This document shows, in pieces, positions 60,391 through 64,000 of a stretch of DNA of 64,000 nucleotides (the first letter of the stretch is position 1; each line of letters begins with the position of its first letter). The stretch comes from an uncultured delta proteobacterium. Lineage in GTDB: Bacteria > Myxococcota_A > Polyangia > Fen-1088. The notes under the pieces were generated by a model that saw only the letters and a list, made by a program, of their open reading frames with translations, did no database searches and was not told the origin of the DNA. The stretch is from the NCBI GenBank assembly GCA_963767925.1, contig CAVYGB010000002.1:1952001-2016000 (forward strand), in the 5' to 3' direction. A program made the translations under genes and the position numbers.

Positions 60391-61467
60391 ATGAAGAACG
60401 AAAGCAACGAACTCGAAATGGGGGAGGCTCCGGGTAAGGGGCGGTCTTCGCGCCTGGCGATGCGGATCCGCCGGGCGGCTCAGCTCGCCTCGCGCGCGAA
60501 AGCCAAGACGTCTTCCGAGCCTCGAGAGGTTGTCCAGTTTCCCGCCGCCGACGGGACCCAGCCGGCCAAGCCGAAGGCCACCCGGTCCGCCGCGGCCCGA
60601 GCGCCCAGCGTGGGAACGGCCAGCGTCTTTCACCGCTACCTGCGCAGCCTGCACGCCGCCGAGGTCCTCCCGAACGAGGAGGAGAAGCGGCTGGCGCTCA
60701 TTTATCAGGCGACCAAGGACTCCGACGCCGCCGGCCGCCTCGTGCGGGGGAACCTCCGCCTGGTGGTGAAGATCGCCGAGGAGTACAGCCGCAACGAGGA
60801 CCAGCTCATGGACCTCATCCAGGAGGGCAACATGGGCCTCCTGCACGCGCTCGAGAAGTTCGATCCCAACCGGGGGGTCAAGCTCTCGTCGTACGCCGCC
60901 TGGTGGGTTCGGGCTTACATCCTGCGGTTCGTCCTCGGGAACTTCCGCATCGTCCGTCTGGGGACCACCCTGGCCCAGCGCAAGCTGTTCTACCGGCTCC
61001 GCCGGGAGCGCGAGCGGCTCGAGCGCAAGGGGGTCGAGGCCGACGTGAACCAGCTCGCCGATGCCTTGCAGGTGCGCCCCAGCGACGTCTCCGAGATGGA
61101 GCTGCGGCTGGCCTCGCCCGAGGTGTCGCTCGACGCCACCCCCCGCAACGACCGGCCCCACGCCACCTCCAACGTCGTGCCGGCCGACCCGTCCGTCCGC
61201 CCGGACCTGCAGCTCGAGAAGTCCGAGTTCCACGGCCGCCTCAAGAACTTCGTGGCCCGCTTCAGCGAGGGCCTGTCGGGTCGGGAGCGTCAGATCTTCT
61301 CCGACCGGCTGATCAGCGACCACCCGCTCACCCTGCGGGAGCTGGGCCGCCGCTACGGCGTCAGCCGCGAGCGCGCCCGCCAGCTCGAGTCGCGCCTGAA
61401 GGAGAAGATCCGCGTCTACCTCGAGTCCGAGTTCGCCGACGCCGGGGTCCTGGAGGAGGCGGCCTGA
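60391..61467 (+). CDS. RNA polymerase sigma factor, sigma32/RpoH-like (myxobacterial SigB/SigC/SigE type)
   Basis: NLRLVVKIA, DLIQEGN.GL, KFDP, RpoH box IVRLGTTLAQRKLF and region 4 TLRELG..YGVSRERARQLE. Confidence 0.93.
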   Translation: MKNESNELEMGEAPGKGRSSRLAMRIRRAAQLASRAKAKTSSEPREVVQFPAADGTQPAKPKATRSAAARAPSVGTASVFHRYLRSLHAAEVLPNEEEKRLALIYQATKDSDAAGRLVRGNLRLVVKIAEEYSRNEDQLMDLIQEGNMGLLHALEKFDPNRGVKLSSYAAWWVRAYILRFVLGNFRIVRLGTTLAQRKLFYRLRRERERLERKGVEADVNQLADALQVRPSDVSEMELRLASPEVSLDATPRNDRPHATSNVVPADPSVRPDLQLEKSEFHGRLKNFVARFSEGLSGRERQIFSDRLISDHPLTLRELGRRYGVSRERARQLESRLKEKIRVYLESEFADAGVLEEAA

Positions 61468-61854
61468 GCGGGCCGCCCCTCGCCAGGGCGTGATCGGGAC
61501 CGGCGGAGGATGCGGATCGCGGAAGTCAGTCCGCTCCACGAAGTGTTCCGCCCCGGCTGTACGGGAGGACGGAGCAAGTGCTCTCCTTCCTGACCGACGA
61601 GCCGGTCCGACAAGGCCACGACGTCACCTGTTCGCGAGCGGCGACTGGCAGACCGGCGCCCGCCTGGTGCCCGGCCGCCCCCGGTCGCTTCGGCTCGACC
61701 CCGCCTGCCAGGACTCTGCCGGGAGACGTTCGAGCGCCGGTTCACCGCGGCCCGGATGGCCGACGCAGCCCGTGGGGCGGCCGGGAGAACACCAGCCGGG
61801 TCTGGCGCAGCCAGTCCGGGGAGCGCGAAAACCTCCCTCGAACCCACCGCGAGC

Positions 61855-61933
61855 CCCTCGGATGATGACCGGGGCACCTGGCTGATCGTTCGCCCTCGCC
61901 CCGCGGCGGCGGGGAGAGGGTCGGGGTGAGGGC
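61855..61933 (+). repeat. Diverged partial copy of the REP/MITE-like element
   Basis: ctcggatgatgaccggggcacctggctgatcgttcgccctcgccccgc...ggggagaggg versus unit ctcggaagatgatcgaggcacgtgaccaattgttcgccctcgccccgc. Confidence 0.75.
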
Positions 61934-62131
61934 CTCCGGCGTTCGCCGGCGACCGATCGGTGCCCTTTGTCGCGACCCGGGCCGGGCGGGGCAGGCCGAG
62001 GCCGCTCCCGCTCCCGGCCCCGGCCCCAAGACCCCGTGCAAAATCCTCGCCGCAGCCGGTCTAACGCGCTGGCGCTCGGAACAAACCCTGTATAGTGCCG
62101 TGTCACTCCCGGCTGTTGAAAAGGAGTCGAT

Positions 62132-63460
62132 ATGCGCGCGCCACCTGCTCTCCGCGTCTTCCTCCCGCTGGTCTGCCTGGCCGCCGCATCGGTCGCCGGC
62201 TGCGCCGCGGAGCCGGAGCCCGACTCGCTCGCCACCGGGCCCGAGGTCGAGGCGGTCTCGGCGCCCATCGTCGGTGGCACCCGGCAGATGGCCTGCCAGT
62301 GGCCCACCGCGGTCGGCGCGCTCGGCTGCACCAGCACCCTGGTGCACCCGCTGGTGATCACCACCGCCGACCACTGCGTGGCGGGTGGCGGCCCCCGCGC
62401 CATCACCTTCGGTGAGACCTGGAACGGCGCCGGCGTGGTACGCCGGGTCAACGTGCGCCGCTGCTTCCGGGGCACCACCAGCGGCGTGCGCGGCGACTTC
62501 GGCTTCTGCGTGCTGGCCGAGCCGGTGACCGACGTGCCGATCGTGCCGATCCTGTTCGGGTGCGAGACCGCCGTGCTCAAGGCCGGGCAGAAGGCGACGC
62601 TGGTCGGCTACGGCCGGCTCAACGGCACCAGCAACGCCGCCGGCACCAAGTTCGCGGTCGAGGTCGACATCAACCGCGTGCAGGGCAACGACATCCTGGT
62701 CGGCAACGCCACCTCCAGCGCCTGCAACGGCGACTCGGGCGGCCCGGCCTTCGTGAAGCTGGCCGACGGCACCTGGCGGGTGTTCGGCGCCACCAGCCGC
62801 GGCGCGGCCCGCTGCAACGCCGCCACCATCTACACGTTGATCCACCCCTTCGTCCCCTGGATGGAGCGGACCTCGGGCATCGACGTCACCCCCTGCCACG
62901 ACGCCGACGGCCGCTGGAACCCCGGCCCCGCCTGTCGCAACTTCCCGGTCAACCCCGAGGCGACCAACGGCGCCTGGACGGCCATGTGCAACAGCGTGAC
63001 CAAGGGTCCGCTGGGGGCCACCTGCGGCGAGCCCTTCGACGGCGAGGTCCCCGACGGCGGCCCCGTCTTCCCGCTGCCGCCCGACGGCGGAGCCGGCGAC
63101 GGCCGCCGCGACACCAGCGCGCCCGGCGATGCCCGTCCCGCCGACGCCTCGCCGCCCGACAGCACCCCGGCCGACACGGCGCCGCCGCCGCCCGATCTGG
63201 CCCCCGACACGCCCGTCTACCAGGAGATCGACGCGGCTCCGCCACCCCCTCTGGCAGCGCCCGTGGCGCCACCGCCCGCACCCGCCCCCGCGTCGGCTCC
63301 CCCGGTTGCCGAGCCGGTCGTGCCGCAGATCGAGTCGGTGCCGCCGGGCTGCCAGTGCAACCTGGCGCCCGGGCAGGGCGGACCGGGCGGCTCCGCGCTG
63401 CTGCTCACCCTGGCCGGCGCGTTCGGGCTGACCCTCCGCCGCCGTCGCCGCCGGAAGTAA
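62132..63460 (+). CDS. Trypsin-like (S1) serine protease lipoprotein with MYXO-CTERM-like tail
   Basis: AGC lipobox, IVGG, TADHC, GDSGGP; C-terminal GCQC, TM segment and RRRRRRK. Confidence 0.92.
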   Translation: MRAPPALRVFLPLVCLAAASVAGCAAEPEPDSLATGPEVEAVSAPIVGGTRQMACQWPTAVGALGCTSTLVHPLVITTADHCVAGGGPRAITFGETWNGAGVVRRVNVRRCFRGTTSGVRGDFGFCVLAEPVTDVPIVPILFGCETAVLKAGQKATLVGYGRLNGTSNAAGTKFAVEVDINRVQGNDILVGNATSSACNGDSGGPAFVKLADGTWRVFGATSRGAARCNAATIYTLIHPFVPWMERTSGIDVTPCHDADGRWNPGPACRNFPVNPEATNGAWTAMCNSVTKGPLGATCGEPFDGEVPDGGPVFPLPPDGGAGDGRRDTSAPGDARPADASPPDSTPADTAPPPPDLAPDTPVYQEIDAAPPPPLAAPVAPPPAPAPASAPPVAEPVVPQIESVPPGCQCNLAPGQGGPGGSALLLTLAGAFGLTLRRRRRRK

Positions 63461-63529
63461 TGCCGGGCCGTTCGGGCTGACCCTCCGGCGCCGTCGCCGC
63501 CGGGTGTGATCAGGATCGCCGCCGGGTGC

Positions 63530-63757
63530 TCACTCGGCGGCTTCCAGCGCCCATACCGGGTCGCCGGCGGGCTCGTTCACGACGGGGCGCTCCCGGTCGA
63601 GATCGTCCCCTTGCCGGAAGAACTCCAGCTCCAGGTCGCTGAAGACGTCCGTCAGCGGCAGCGCCACCTCCGGACCGGGATCGCTTGCCGGCGAGAACCG
63701 CGACGAAGGCCAGGTATCGTGCCTTGCGCCCGGTTTGCGCCGATTGCCTCGAGACAT
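63530..63757 (-). CDS. Small hypothetical protein (FSDLELEFFRQGD motif)
   Basis: GGAGG upstream of ATG 63757; protein-like acidic helix. Confidence 0.5.
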   Translation of the reverse strand: MSRGNRRKPGARHDTWPSSRFSPASDPGPEVALPLTDVFSDLELEFFRQGDDLDRERPVVNEPAGDPVWALEAAE

Positions 63758-64000
63758 TGCTTCCACCTCCAAGAAATGGGGCCTGGCCCGAGCATCGTCC
63801 AGCGCGCCGCCGCCGTCTAAATACCCGCGCAAAGTTCCGGCGACACCAGGCCTGCCCCACCTACAACGTCCCCGCCCCCCACTTCTTCCAGCCCGCCTTC
63901 TGGCGGGGTGGCTCTTCCAGCGCCGCGTGCCGGCTCTTCAGCCGCCGCGAGGCGGGCCGGGCCCCAGGTCCATCACCTCTCCCCTCCCCATCCTGACGAC

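Overview
Very GC-rich bacterial DNA whose gene content suggests Myxococcota (Ser/Thr kinases, FHA protein, AgmX-like domain, MYXO-CTERM-like protease, sigma32-like factor); this taxonomy is inference. I can support about 50 CDSs, mostly signalling and envelope genes, and saw no rRNA, tRNA, CRISPR array, integrase or transposase. The strongest candidate novel system is a tightly coupled 4-gene operon (45140-49015): a MotA/ExbB-type channel with a ~465-aa repeat-containing helical tail plus a MotB/OmpA partner (a ZorAB-like architecture), flanked by two unknown proteins instead of recognisable ZorC/D/E. About 1.7 kb away is a low-GC islet with a small protein and a dCTP deaminase. Other notable loci: an atypical sigma54 signalling cluster with a Cys-rich receiver, a TPR-kinase and a stand-alone RHDxxK protein (33818-40674); a cluster of twin TonB receptors, orphan binding proteins and a histidine kinase (6926-19350); a LytS/LytTR locus with 21-bp-spaced boxes between a glycosyl-phosphate transferase and a ferritin-like/uppS pair; a PQQ dehydrogenase with the lanthanide-type Asp; and a REP/MITE-like element present as a 4x137-bp array and two diverged copies. 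Several genes carry single-base frameshifts that look like sequencing or assembly errors. All product calls come from motif recognition by eye; no searches were run.
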